Shown: positions 11,431 through 23,703 of the stretch, in pieces
Numbering within the stretch: the first letter of the stretch is position 1
How the letters are laid out: the number at the start of each line of letters is the position of its first letter
Source: Nemertoderma westbladi
Lineage: Eukaryota > Animalia > Xenacoelomorpha
Length of the DNA stretch: 49,251 nt
Direction of reading: 5' to 3'
Assembly: GCA_032718475.1 (NCBI GenBank)
Contig: JAUCBJ010008669.1
Location: 1-49,251, forward strand
The notes under the pieces: model-generated
Databases searched by the model: none
Seen by the model: the letters and a program-made list of their open reading frames with translations, nothing else
Told to the model about the DNA's origin: nothing
Translations under genes and position numbers: made by a program

Positions 11431-12215
11431 GAGCCCAACGGCTCCTCAGCTCATTAGAACATGCTGCTTCTAGTGTTGGTCTTTTTATTAACTCCAGAAA
11501 GACCAAAATTCTGACAGTTAACTTTGAAAGTCCTCAGCAAGTCTCTGATCGGATGAGCATAAGCTCAAAGGATGGTATGCTTGAGCATGTGGACGACTTC
11601 TGTTACCTGGGATCATGGATCCGGAAGTCAGGTGAGGACCTTCGAATACGTAAGGGAAAGGCATGGGCAGCCTTGAATAGGCTTTCCAGGATTTGGAAGT
11701 CACCGAGAATTTATCGGAAACTTAAGGTCCGATTATTTAGAGCAGCAGTAGTTCCAGTACTCCTCTACGGGAGTCCATGCTGGGCTCTAACTGCTGAGGA
11801 CACCAAATCTCTGGATGGCACATTCACAAGAATGCTACGCCGGGTTCATTGTGTCAAGTACAATGCACACATCTCCAACCAGACACTATATAACATTGGA
11901 GGTGTCTCATTGGTTCCCCCAAGCTTGACACTAGAACAAAATCGCCTCCGCTTTGCAGGACATTGCTTTCGCCGTGAGGATCAGCCAGTGCATAATCTTG
12001 TACTTTGGCAGCCTCATGGAGTGAATAAGCATGGTGGACAGCCCATGACTTTCTTGAGACGCATCTTAAAGGACACTGGCCTTAAAGATGCGGATGATCT
12101 AGCAAATGTCATGGGTGATAGGGAGTTGTGGCGGTGCAATTTTGTTGACAAGCCGGCACAGCATTCTTAAAAATGCAGCTGCAATGCAGCATGCCGATCC
12201 TAGTAGTAGTAGTAG
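11431..12215 (+). mobile_element. RTE-clade LINE, 3' portion (RT thumb and C-terminus, 3' UTR, (TAG)5 tail)
   Basis: AQRLLSSLEHAASSVGLFINSRKTK, then ORF 11553-12170 with VDDFCYLGSWI, KVRLFRAAVVPVLLYG..W and RLRFAGHCFR. A short 3' UTR ends in TAG repeats. The 5' side is cut by LTR copy A. Confidence 0.88.
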
Positions 12216-12409
12216 CTTAAACGGATTAAAAGCAAAGAAATGGGAGGGCATTTAATGTTTAGACATGTGGCCCTCTAGCGGGAGACCATTGCACTGATGG
12301 TGTCTGAAAGTCTCTCAAAAATCTCAACTTTTGCTCATATTGATACCTACAAATTTTCAACTTGGCAGCTTTAAATCCGACAAAGTTATTAGCATGTCAA
12401 AATCGTAAC

Positions 12410-12441
<32 letters not shown>

Positions 12442-12556
12442 CGACGACGACGACAACGACGACGACGACGACGACGACAACTATTTGCATAAATTGACCC
12501 ACCCCCTAACAGTGTCAATTCGCTAAGGCTCCGCCAACTTCGTGGCTCGCCCCACA
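12216..12556 (+). mobile_element. Helentron-associated (HINE/DINE-like) non-autonomous element with an (ACG/ACA)n microsatellite
   Basis: Internal trinucleotide microsatellite at about 12408-12480 and a 3' hairpin GCCAACTTCGTGGC followed by TCGCCCCACA. The same end occurs inverted at about 29035-29060. Confidence 0.5.
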
Positions 12557-12559
12557 ACC

Positions 12560-13732
12560 TTTTTCTCAGTTTTTCTCATATTTCATCACTAAATTCCCTA
12601 CTACTTTTTTTATTTTTCACTGAATTTTTATCAAACATATACCAAAATATTCAGCATCTATAGGGCTAAAATAGTGAGTATTGGTTTTGTACAATGTGTC
12701 CATTTGGATGTTCTATGATCCATTATGTAACTGCTTCTCTTTGTCTACCTCAAAATATATGATATGAAAACAATACCTCAAAATATATGATATGAAAACA
12801 ATATAATAGGAAATGGGGTCTTATTCCCTCAGATACTACCTAGCATTTAGGGCCACTTGGGCCACTGTTAGTACTCAGGCACTAAGGCCCATTAAAAAAC
12901 CAAAATACCAAATCGATTGTAGTGCTCCCAACCCAACTACCACAAGGAAAACTGCACCAAACCATACAGTAATACAAGTACCAGTAAGTATTGCACGAAT
13001 AGGCTATCCCATAAATTGAGAAAAATATAGGACATTTTGTCCGCCGAAAAGGTAAGTCTAAGTAATAAATTTAATAAAAATAAAAGGGTTTCGGAGATTT
13101 AAACACTGAACCCTGGGATTCGTGGTTCTCCTCGTCAGCAGTGTGCCACGAACCCCACCCCTAACCTTATAAAACTGCACCACTAAATTAAGACAATGAC
13201 CAATATTTTAATAGGCCTTAATGGCCCAAGTGGCCCTAAATGCTAGGTAGTATCTGAGGGAATTAGGCCCCATTTCCTATTTTATTGTGTTCATATTAAT
13301 ATCACAATCCCTCTAAAGTCGTGGTTGTCTAACATCATATAAAAATATATGATGCCCGAAATATAGCCCGAACATACTAAAGCCCCCATAAAGTTTTCAA
13401 AAACAATAATTTTGTCTTGAAATTTTCACAGAACATAGCCTACATATCTAAGTTTATTGGGCCAAACACTTGGACCGAGAACTGCATCGCAGTTGGTACT
13501 ACAGATCCTTCTACATGAGATATTTTTCATAAAAATCCTCAAAATATTTCCAAATTTTGAAAAAAACCGACTTGCACTAAAAGTCCCATATTTTTCGAAC
13601 AAAATGGTTTGCGAAGGTACGGGTATCCATACTCAGTTCTCTAAGTTAAAGATCACAGATAATTGTGTTAAAGTAACAGAAAAGTAGCTATAAAAATAAA
13701 ACAAAATAGATTTAGGGTGATAACCCCCTTAA
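12560..13732. mobile_element. Kolobok-like non-autonomous remnant with an internal 60-bp inverted repeat
   Basis: Ends GGGTGATAACCCCC-TTAA. Inverted arms lie at about 12807-12868 and 13221-13281 (AGGAAATGGGG..TTCCCTCAGATACTACCTAGCATTTAGGGCCACTTGGGCCA). The left terminus was not identified. Confidence 0.4.
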
Positions 13733-13911
13733 TTAATTTGTGTTAATTGTTTAGTTTCTAATGTCGAATCTAGATTTCAGTCTGATTTTTTATTTCAATA
13801 GGCAAGTCACTCCAATTTTTAATACCTTTTTTAAAAACAGCTTATATTTATTTAAACTATATCATTTACATTTCCTATATAGAGGTAATATATTACTGCA
13901 ACTTTTTTTAG

Positions 13912-14104
13912 ATTATTATCGTCTGTATGGTTGGCGGCGTTGTCTTCGATGGCGCTTTCGGATCCATAGGAGAAGTCAGCGGTTTCGGGAAAATCTGTGG
14001 TGGGCAAAATCTTGCGTGCAATGAGGATAAATACAAATGCGTCGATAATGTTTGCGTTTGCAAAAATGATTCGATGTACTACAACTCCTTCTCAACAGCG
14101 TGCA
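13912..14104 (+). CDS. Exon of a secreted Cys-rich surface protein (end of a signal-like hydrophobic stretch plus an EB/EGF-like six-Cys module)
   Basis: Acceptor tttttttag| and donor A|gtaagt (phase 1). Encodes IIIVCMVGGVVFDGAFG...CGGQNLACNEDKYKCVDNVCVCKNDSMYYNSFSTAC. The initiating exon was not located. Confidence 0.7.
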
Positions 14105-14480
14105 GTAAGTTATGGTAGGCCCTTATGTGCTCCATCAGCAGTGCGGTCGAATTACTATTCGTTCTCTAGTAATTATTATGACTTACTCTCCAGGCTTAGC
14201 GAGGGGGGCAGGTGACGCTCCACCCCCTACAAGACCACAGGAAGGGCGCCAAAAACGCGTCTGGAGTGGGTACAGCCCTACAGATTGTACTGTGAAACTA
14301 CAGTATAAACCATCTCCAGTAGTTAGGCCTATAATCACAACAACAATTTTTATTTTGAGGAGTGAGAACTGGAATTTTATCTCATTTATTTGTATACAAA
14401 TTTTTTCCTAAATTGGTACTTTTTCCGATAATTTAAAAAAACTAAATCAAAAAATTATTTGAACATCTAATATGCCTTAA

Positions 14481-14804
14481 GCCCCGTTCACATCCAACGG
14501 TGCGTGGGCAGTAAAGTAGTCTGGTGGTATTGAAGCGGTAATAAAGCCAGTGGTACACTACCCGGAGCCCGTTCACACCCAACGGTACCGTTGCGGTAAC
14601 TGATTGTTTATCTGTCGACTGTGAATTCAACAGGAAATTACATTAATTGAATTAACATTGTTTAAATAAATTAAATATGATGAAGATGAAAAATATGTTT
14701 AAATTTAGCGCACAACTACCTGTTGGGTCGTTCACAGTCAGCGGTGTACCGCTGGGCCTGCGGTACACCGCCCGGTGTACCGTTCCGTTGGATGTGAACG
14801 GGCC
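14481..14804. mobile_element. PIF/Harbinger-like MITE in the intron
   Basis: TIR G(C/G)CCCGTTCACATCCAACGG at both ends, flanked by TTAA on both sides. A partial internal copy of the TIR lies at about 14566. Confidence 0.75.
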
Positions 14805-15094
14805 TTAATATTGGTTTCCTTTTAATAGTGGAGCTGCCGTCCATATTTATTTTAACTATTCCAGAACAAAAAAGTATTTAACAGTAATAATAGAGTACGT
14901 CATAGATATTTTATACTGTAGGCCTTTGTTATAATATTCATATAATATAGCTTTAATATGCTCGATTTTATTTTATATAACAAATTAGGGAAATAACATA
15001 TAGTAGTGGAGAGCAACTGAACTACTGTACCATGCTCAAACTGCCTAAAATTATTCCGACAATAACTAATTAAGAACTAATTATTTACAAGAAG

Positions 15095-15495
15095 TCCTTG
15101 TAGCGTGAATCCAAGATCTACTCCCTTTGTAGCCGTCCTCATTGCGTAATCCCAATCCAATTATGAATAGACATTGTGTCAGCTAGCAGTACGCCAGCCA
15201 GGATTGAGAAGAACTCAGTTTCACTATCTGGTACCTGAGTTTCTGTGTCACAATATAATAATTCAATGCCAGCCACAAATTACCTTTGGTATTTCATAAG
15301 CTCTTAGGAATTCCAGCATTTTACCTCTATGGATTGAGTCGAATGCCTTATTGAAGTCCACAAGTCAGATTCTTTGACTTAATTCCCTCAACCAGTCTCC
15401 GAAGCGCAAGTATCTGATCTATTGGTTATCTATTTGGTCGAAATCCGTTTTGGCTCTTACGCAGCCAGTTTCTCTATGTGAGGTCTAATTCTACT
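15095..15495 (-). mobile_element. Degenerate RTE-clade reverse transcriptase fragment in the intron
   Basis: The minus strand gives QNGFRPNR..DQILALRRLVEGIK, LVDFNKAFDSIHRGKMLEFLRAYEIP and DYAMRTATKGVDLGFTL, with stops and frameshifts. Confidence 0.8.
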
Positions 15496-16114
15496 GGTAC
15501 TGTATACAGTATATAATCATTTTGTTGTATATTTTGGCAGCTACCACACGTTTGTTGGTACACCGAGGTCTCGGCAACGGTATCGGTAATATGGTTTTGT
15601 TTGGCAGCTACCACAAGCAGACAGGTCCCGCGATAGTTTGTTGGTATGAAACGATATTGAAGTCTTCTTTTATTGCCGCAATATCAACAAAATAACTTAT
15701 TTTAAATATTTAATGTGTGATTGAAATATTTTCTATATTTGATTCTATATACAGTATTTATTTTATGTTTTATTTTTTATTATATTATTATTATATTATT
15801 TTGTATTACTTTTATTTATTTTTGAGACGATTATCTGATTTTTGAAACAGTCTGAGAATCTGAGAAACCGACTGTTTCAATTTATAAGAAATATATCAGA
15901 TTGTAAGCTTACTGTCCTGCGGTACTGAACCGATCATAAAGTCAGAATACATGACTTATACTGGAGCAGGAAACTGTAACTGTGGCGCGACAAAACCCAT
16001 ACTGACACAATTTTGGTAATATGCGGTTAAAAATATTAATTGATATACTATGTTTCAGTTTCATGTTGAATTAAAAATACGATTATTATTATACCAGTAT
16101 CTTTATACCAACAG

Positions 16115-16428
16115 TGCCCTGTACAACGCAAGATCTGAAAGTAGAGAACGACAAGTGCGTCTGCAAAGGAGAGGGAAAGGCCTTGACTTACAATGACGAT
16201 AACGAATACTCGTGCATTCTACCAACGGCGACGGTTGCGATTGAAACAATACCGAGTAAGACAACACCGAGTGAGACAACACCGAGTAAGACAACACCGA
16301 GTGAGACAACACCGAGTGAGACAACACCGAGTGAGACAACACCGATTGAGGTCAGTGATGGAGTTGGGATCCTGGCTGCAAGCTGTCTGGCACTCATAGT
16401 TGCTATGATACTCGCCAAGTGTATATAG
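16115..16428 (+). CDS. Last exon of the same gene: second Cys module, (E/K)TTPS mucin-like repeats, C-terminal GPI-type signal
   Basis: Acceptor ataccaacag|TG is phase-compatible with the 14104 donor. Encodes PCTTQDLKVENDKCVCKG...YSC, then 15-bp coding repeats, then SDG followed by hydrophobic VGILAASCLALIVAMILAKCI and a stop. Confidence 0.75.
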
Positions 16429-16962
16429 TTGTGTGAAATGTATCGAGTTTATTTGTTGCAAGAATCTTATTTTTAAAAATTAAATATATTAACTAAAGGC
16501 GCACTATTTATACGTAGTACAGTAGGCCCCTACACACAAACACAAAGATATAAACAGGAAAACTGGTGATTAAATTCGAGATAAAAAAGGCAATTTTTAG
16601 TATAAAATAAACAAGTTTTGATTTGTAGATTATAAATAAAAAACGTGCATATTTATTTATTTTATACAAAATTAAAATAGCAAGGTGCTACTAGGTTGGT
16701 AAATAATTCAATGTGGCAATTGCTATCACTTACCATAAAACATATGGTAAGTAATATGATTTATAATAAATGTTTAATTGATAATTCATCGAGGCTACTT
16801 CTAATAAATAAAATAACGAGAACAGTGTCAACATAGTTTTACCATTTTTTATTATCTTAAAATAGCATAAATATATTTTAATGATATTGGGCCTACTTAA
16901 ATTTATATAGAATATGTTAATTAGCTATTTAATTTGATTTGCATTCTTTATGTATTCGGATT

Positions 16963-18955
16963 TAGTACGGGCTCTGGCGGCGTTAAGCGCAATACCTTCG
17001 GTAAATTAACGAGACTATTATTTTTGGATGGAGGACCATGTTAGACGTCAGAACACAGTTGGCGATCGGTATAGCTAATTTGCATTCTAGAACTACAGGC
17101 CAAAAACAAGCTAGCTAGCCGACCCCTACCTAACTCTATGTTGGGTCCTCTGGTTGAATATAAATGTAATCAATTTTTTCAAATGAACATTTTTCTTATA
17201 GAGGGAAGACCGCCGATTAATTTAAATACAAATATATCGCCACTTTCATTTTTTAAATGCGATAAATTTACATGAGAACAAAATACATTCACTTTTTTTA
17301 AGAAACCAACATTTACATTAACTGCCATAAAATGTAGCTACTTTGGTTTAACACGTTCAAACATGTATCAAAATTTGCGCTAATTATTTCTGCATTCACC
17401 CATGCAACTCATTTTGGATGAGTACTAAATCCTCCTAGTCAATTAGCCCGATTATTATCGGGGAAACGATAATCAGAGAATATTCAGAGAAAGTATAGTC
17501 TCTCACATTTGGAAATATTTACTACAGTTACTAGGCAACTATATGTACTGTAGGGCTATGTTGTGTACCAGTGTAGGCGATTCCTTACATTATATTAATT
17601 GTTTTTTAATGTATTATACAAAATTCATGCGCTTATACATAAACTGAGTCACAGATCGTTGAAAATTCTTATAAAAATAATACAAAGATTGAACTGATAT
17701 TCTGAGAGTCAGAATTTATACTTTCGCTTTCAAACTTTTCTACTACAGTACAGTCCGTATCTCATTCTAGATACTGTTTCTCAAACTGGGTACCTTTTCT
17801 CTTACCTCACTCTTACTAACTCAAACCTGTCTGGTTTACTCAAACCCAACTCAAACTCGCGTAACCCCCCATTGTGCACTGCGTAGCATTCATACAACAA
17901 GCTGTCTGTGTTTAATGGTACACTCGCTTCTGTTATACTCTGCCTACGGGTAATTGATGGTCTCCTGCTGTTATAACATTCCCTAAACTTGATTTGTTTG
18001 TGTGTAATTAACTCCGGTAGACAGCGAGAATTAACTTGCAGACTCAGTGACTCAATTTATTTTTAAATTTCAGAATAAAAAATATTATATGCTAAATTAT
18101 TAAACTGAAGATTTATTAATTTTTTATTACATTTTCTGTTAGTATTACATCGTCAATGTTGTTGAATGTTTCTAATTATATGCTAAATTATTAAACTGAA
18201 GATTTATTCCCAGAATTAAAACTTTATCTACAAACAGACCGAGCCAGTGTGGTTTAGTTAACAACATACATTTAGTAAAGCCCACAAAGGAACTGCGTGA
18301 TTGACATGTCTTTTATGAGACACACGCAAGCCGGCCTGCCCAGCTTACCGGTCGGCCAAGCAGCAGACAGAGGCCCCTTCCCCATGTGGTGCCTCACTCA
18401 ACCAGAGTAATTATCCATCCCATACAGGAAGAGTAATGCTGAGTATGGCACAGTTGGAAGTCAACCTAACTCAAACCATGGCGCCAGACTCTAGTTTGAG
18501 TTAGATTGAGCTGGCTGCATCTTTCTGATTTCTCAACTCTTACCCCAGTCTTACCTACTGAAATTCTCCGTTGACTATCATTAGTAAAAGGTTTGAGAAA
18601 TGATACCCAGTTTGAGAAATAATATTCAGAATGAGATAGGGACTGTAGCTTATTATGTTGTGACAAAAATAAAAGTGGCGATATATTTGTATTTAAATTA
18701 ATCGCCGGTCTTCCCTCTATAAGAAAAATGTTCATTTGAAAAAATTGATTGCATTTATATTCAACCAGAGGGCCCAACATAGAGTTAGGTAGGGGTCGGC
18801 TAGCTAGCTTGTTTTTGGCCTGTAGTTCTAGAATGCAAATTAGCTATACCGATCACCAACTGTGTTCTGACGTCTAACATGGTCCTCCATCCAAAAATAA
18901 TAGTCTCGTTAATTTACCGAAGGTATTGCGCTTAACGCCGCCAGAGCCCGTACTA
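16963..18955. mobile_element. Academ-like non-autonomous DNA transposon (1993 bp) with about 285-bp TIRs
   Basis: Near-perfect inverted arms at about 16963-17250 and 18670-18955, starting TAGTACGGGCTCTGGCGG. A 3-bp ATT duplication flanks both sides. TAG termini with a 3-bp TSD and long TIRs fit Academ. Confidence 0.8.
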
Positions 18956-20412
18956 ATTAGTCCTCGATAGATGATTTGTTGTGCATATAATATTTTTCCA
19001 AGTTTTTGTCAGTTTTTGTCGTGACTTTTAAATACATCATTAGCATCCTACACAGAATAATACATGTACTGTTAAGTCTTTACAATCGGACCTCCAGCCA
19101 TAATACATTACACCTTTACAATACGGCGCGGCGCCTCAGCAGACCTGCTATCTGCAATCATAAGGTACCTAAAAATATATAAACTGCGCTGTCTTGTAAG
19201 TTGGTGAAGTCACACTACAAGATTATAATTGTATTTAATTAATAACCTACTCTATAATAATGTATTTTTGTGCTAGGTAATTCCAATGTTAATCAACTAT
19301 GCTGTAGCCCCTTTATTATTTTGAATGTTTATCTGGACATATTAATCAATTGGTGTGCACCTGTCAATTGTAATTAATTATCATTGACGCTTTACAAATA
19401 TATATTAATTATTATGTCAATAAGATAAATAAATAATTAACAATACCAATTTTTGGCTATACTACATTAGGCTAAGAGTGTTGCTCCATGTGGTTCTGAT
19501 TGAACATGCTACTGTATCAATAAAATTAGCCTATAAAAACTTATGGGTTTGTCATTGCCAGCAATGCAAGCCATTTAAGTAGTACTGTATTTGCATTCGT
19601 TTGGGTATAAAGCGCTAAAATAAATATGCGGCCTTTAAGGATTATAATGAAATAAAACCTATTGAAAATAACCTAGATTTGGTTCAGTTACCGGGATAAT
19701 ACTAGTTCCGGCTAACCCAATACAGATTGCCTATTCAGCCATTGAATGAAACACGATTAGCGGTTAAAATGCTACTACAGTACAGTAACTGTATGTAGTA
19801 GTTCTAGTCGTTCAATCTGAGGTCAAATTGGCTGAAACAATTTTTTTCCAGTCACCGAGATGAGGTCCACAAAAGTTATCGGTTAATTTTTAGTTTAGCG
19901 TTTTAATGAAAATTATTTAATATTAATTAATATTTTTACAAAATTTTAACAAATTTTCTGAAAAATTGGCTGTATAAACAGAAATATAAAAATTACAGCC
20001 GATAACTTTTAAAAAAACCCTTTCAATGATCTCGTTTTTTGATTTCGCTGATTCCATTTGCGATATCAGTTTTAATGATTGGTAGAACCTAGTCGGTCTG
20101 TCTGTCGGTTGTCTGTCAGTTTTACAATTTGGCGGACAGACAGTCATACGAAAAATCAGCGATAACTCGAGAACTGAAAGAGGTTGCGGTTTTCATATTT
20201 GAAATCCCCATTAAATTCTGCTCTAGATTAAATAAAAACAAATATTTGAAATTTGAACATGAGGAGAGGGGGGGGGGGGGGGGGGGGGGGGTAGGACCTT
20301 TTATCGTATGTTTATCGCTACCTCCGCCCATGTTAGGCGTTCCCTCTATTATAGTGCCCTATGGGGAAGATCTATGTGCCTCGATCCAAGGATCAGGTCA
20401 TTCTTGGGTTAA

Positions 20413-20463
20413 GTGGGGAGTACAGTACACCCCCCCCCCCCCCCCCCCGGATGTACTCCCCAC
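20413..20463. mobile_element. 51-bp minimal TIR element or hairpin between two TTAA
   Basis: TTAA-GTGGGGAGTACA, then a poly-C core, then TGTACTCCCCAC-TTAA. Confidence 0.55.
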
Positions 20464-21084
20464 TTAACCATATTCTATATTGTTTCTATATCTATGTTCC
20501 ATATTCTAGAACATGATGTAAGAACGAACTGAGGGTTCAGATTCATTTAGCAGAAACACTTATTACTGTGAACAATTCGTATCTGGGAATTTAAATTCGT
20601 AACTGGGAACTGAAATTTGTAATCCAAATTTCAGATTTTTAAACCTGATGAGCATTCGCAGCGTATGGTAATTTCTTTACCAGCATGCTGCTTGGTCCAT
20701 TCCTATGTAAAATAATATCAATTCTTTATAATATGGCTGCTAATTGCGCAAGAAGTTGAGCACGGCCAGCGTTCAGTCGCTCATCTAACCCAAATAAATC
20801 ACACAAATAATTTCCAAAACTAATAAATTATATTTTACTTTAGACACAAAATAATGATAATAAAACTCATCAATAAAGAGCACATAATATTAGTCAACCT
20901 AACCACCACCAATAGTCCTAACAGCTGTAGAGTTTAAGTTTATAAGAGACCTAACAGCTGTATGAAGAATACAAAAAGTAATAGCTAATAGAGTTCGAAT
21001 AATATAATTCATTGAGTTTACAATATACATAGCGAATGTATGGCGCTGTCCTAATTATCTTTTTTTCCTTCATTCTTCTTAGAT

Positions 21085-21290
21085 TTCATATCAGCATAGC
21101 CCTTATAGTCCTCCTTTGTCCACCCAGGACACCATGGTTCGAGAAGGTTATCGAGGTTATCTGAACTATAATCCAGATTGTTGTCCATAGAAACACCCAG
21201 TCTTTCGGGTTCTTTACGGGTACGACCTGATCTCCGTAATACCTCTTTTAGAAAAGTTGCTTTCTTATCAACATTACATGGGAAATGTTC
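21085..21290 (-). mobile_element. C-terminal tail of an LTR-retrotransposon Pol, probably belonging to the 22880-23703 integrase
   Basis: The minus strand reads ...KEVLRRSGRTRKEPERLG..., the RRSxRxRKxPxRL tail typical of LTR integrases. A purine tract (AAGAAGAATGAAGGAAAAAAA) follows. Confidence 0.5.
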
Positions 21291-22879
21291 ATTTATTAGG
21301 AATTACTTTCTGTAAGAATTTGATGTAATAGTAGTAATAGTAATAGTAATATTTTGGAGCGAAATAACATAAAAACGGCTCTAACGATTTCGTTAAAATT
21401 TTGCATGACGCATTTTTTTGATAATCACTATCGATTCCCGTTGGTCCCATGTCTGTCCATAGAATGTGGGTTCGAAAAATAGACATAAACTAAAAAACGC
21501 CATAGGCGCAATGATAAAACACCAGCTGGACCACATGAAAAATGTATAGAGAGGGCCTAGTGATTCTATTCAATAGAGAAAGGGCCAACTAATAATAACA
21601 AGGATGTACTTTCTGTGCCAAGTTTTTATTTAATCACTCACTCTTTCAACCCAGACTATAAACAAACATTAACTTGGTTAGTTTGTAATCTATTATCCCA
21701 TCAGCTGAATAACTCTCCCCAGTGCTTCCTAAGGGAATATCTACAAGGTGATTGACTCACTGCTTGCGCTATGTTAGGTGGTGGGTCAGTGGAATGAATT
21801 TTAGTTACACACATAGGATGCTTCTGATGAGTGTTGGTTACTAATGGTACTATACTCAGCTAATAATAATAATTTATGTATTTAAAAATCCGAGAGGGAG
21901 GGAGGTGAGTTAATGACTTGCTTGGCAAACATTAATTATATTAATCAGTCAAACCAGAGGGAATACAGAGTGGAATCTACCTATCTCTGTATAACATTTT
22001 ACCCAGCTGATAGCTCCTTTAATCCAACACAAACTCTTGCCCTGGATTCAATGAATGCGAATGTCTATTACAGTAGGTTCCTGGGAAAAGCTGGCCACCT
22101 GAATGACTTTTTACAGTAGTTATAGAGTGTACACGAGTGCGGCCTTCGTGCAGCAGAAACTGCAACCCATCTCAGCGAATAACTATAATTATAGGCCTAC
22201 TATGTCTAGTTATATATTCTGATATTGGCTTCTGACACACACACTGAAACCTACACCTAAGTTCACTGATGACTCGCAGTTCTAACTCGCCATATATGTA
22301 CTGTTAACTGTAGGGTACTATTAATAAACTATACTAATAGTGGCAATGTTCAATTAAAATCAGAGTTTGGAGGTTTAATTATGTTTTTGCAACATTAATA
22401 CTATGAGTGGTGTTTGGTATGAGATATAATTTTGATGTAGACAGGAGATGGTGCCCTAACTGCTTTAATAATTATTAGGAACAGATTATGAGATAATACA
22501 AACAATTGTTTGCTAAGTAACTTTGTTCACTACCTTGGTGCAATTTTTTATTATAAATGCTGAACATACGTGCAAATTAGAGTATAAGGTATAGGTAGTG
22601 CTGGCTGATACTGGGTGCTCATATTTGCAACCATTTGTAACAAATTGTAACCAGGGACATCAATTTGTGACAAGGTGCTCATATTTTTAACCAAACACAT
22701 TGATTCGTAATGCGGAAGTACAGATTTGTAACCAGGTATTCAAATTCGTAATTGGAAATCCAAATTCGTAACCAGGCGCTCAGATTCGAAACTGGTTTAG
22801 AGTTGATATCCTGAAAAAAAAGTTTGCGGCTTATGGCCTGTAAAAATATTAGTTTCGGTTTGGTTTAACTTCGGTTCCT

Positions 22880-23703
22880 TCACGGCGTCTTGACGCCGTC
22901 TTTAATTTTAGGAACAGTAATGTCATCACAGCTAGACTCATTATCGGAAGAAGATGAAATCTGATGGAGATCCCAATCAAATGCCTGATTGGTGGGAAAT
23001 ATGGACGTTAATGGCACTAGGAGAGCCAAATCGATTACCATGGAGCTTCTGAAGTGTAGCCATGTTCTTATCGATTTATATAACAATATACCTATCACGA
23101 CCATGGAGTTTTGACCCTTCAGATTTAATGTAAACCAAGTGACCCTCACGAACATTAGCCTTTTCAGCGGGAAGGCAACCTCGAGCCTTGCATTTGGCAC
23201 TGTAACCATGATTACGAGATTTTTCTTCATCAAGAGAAGCAGCAAGGTCATGGTCATTGAAATTCAAACGTTCACCTGAAACTTGATCTTAGCCATATAA
23301 TATCTCTTTAGCAGATAAGCCGCGGCTTCGAATTCTGGAATTCAACATTTCTACACATACTGTTAATGAAGGTGGGGTGACTGCTCCACCAGCAGGGTCC
23401 TGTCGAAGTAACTCAGATTCAAGTTCCTGTATTGCCTTTTCACCAACTGGATTCTTATTTATTTTTATTTTGTTATTATGTTATTTTGTTTTTATTTATT
23501 TGTTTTTAACTCTCCCAAACTCTAGATGAATTCCATGTTGGACAAGAAGGGGATCATTTTCAAGACATTTTAAGGAAGAGAAACAATCAACACGAACCTT
23601 TGATATCTTGAATTTCAAGGGGAGTATAGATGTGATAATAGAAGCTCAAAGGTCTGTTGCTTGTTCACTTGGAATAATTGATGCTACAGTATAGCTGGAT
23701 AAG
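22880..23703 (-). mobile_element. Degenerate Gypsy-type integrase fragment
   Basis: [89 protein letters not shown], with stops and an AT-rich expansion. It is cut at 23703 by LTR copy B. Confidence 0.75.

Noticed and set aside
12357-12557. Arg/Cys-rich protamine-like ORF
   Set aside because: It is the translation of an (ACG/ACA)n microsatellite inside a repeat element.
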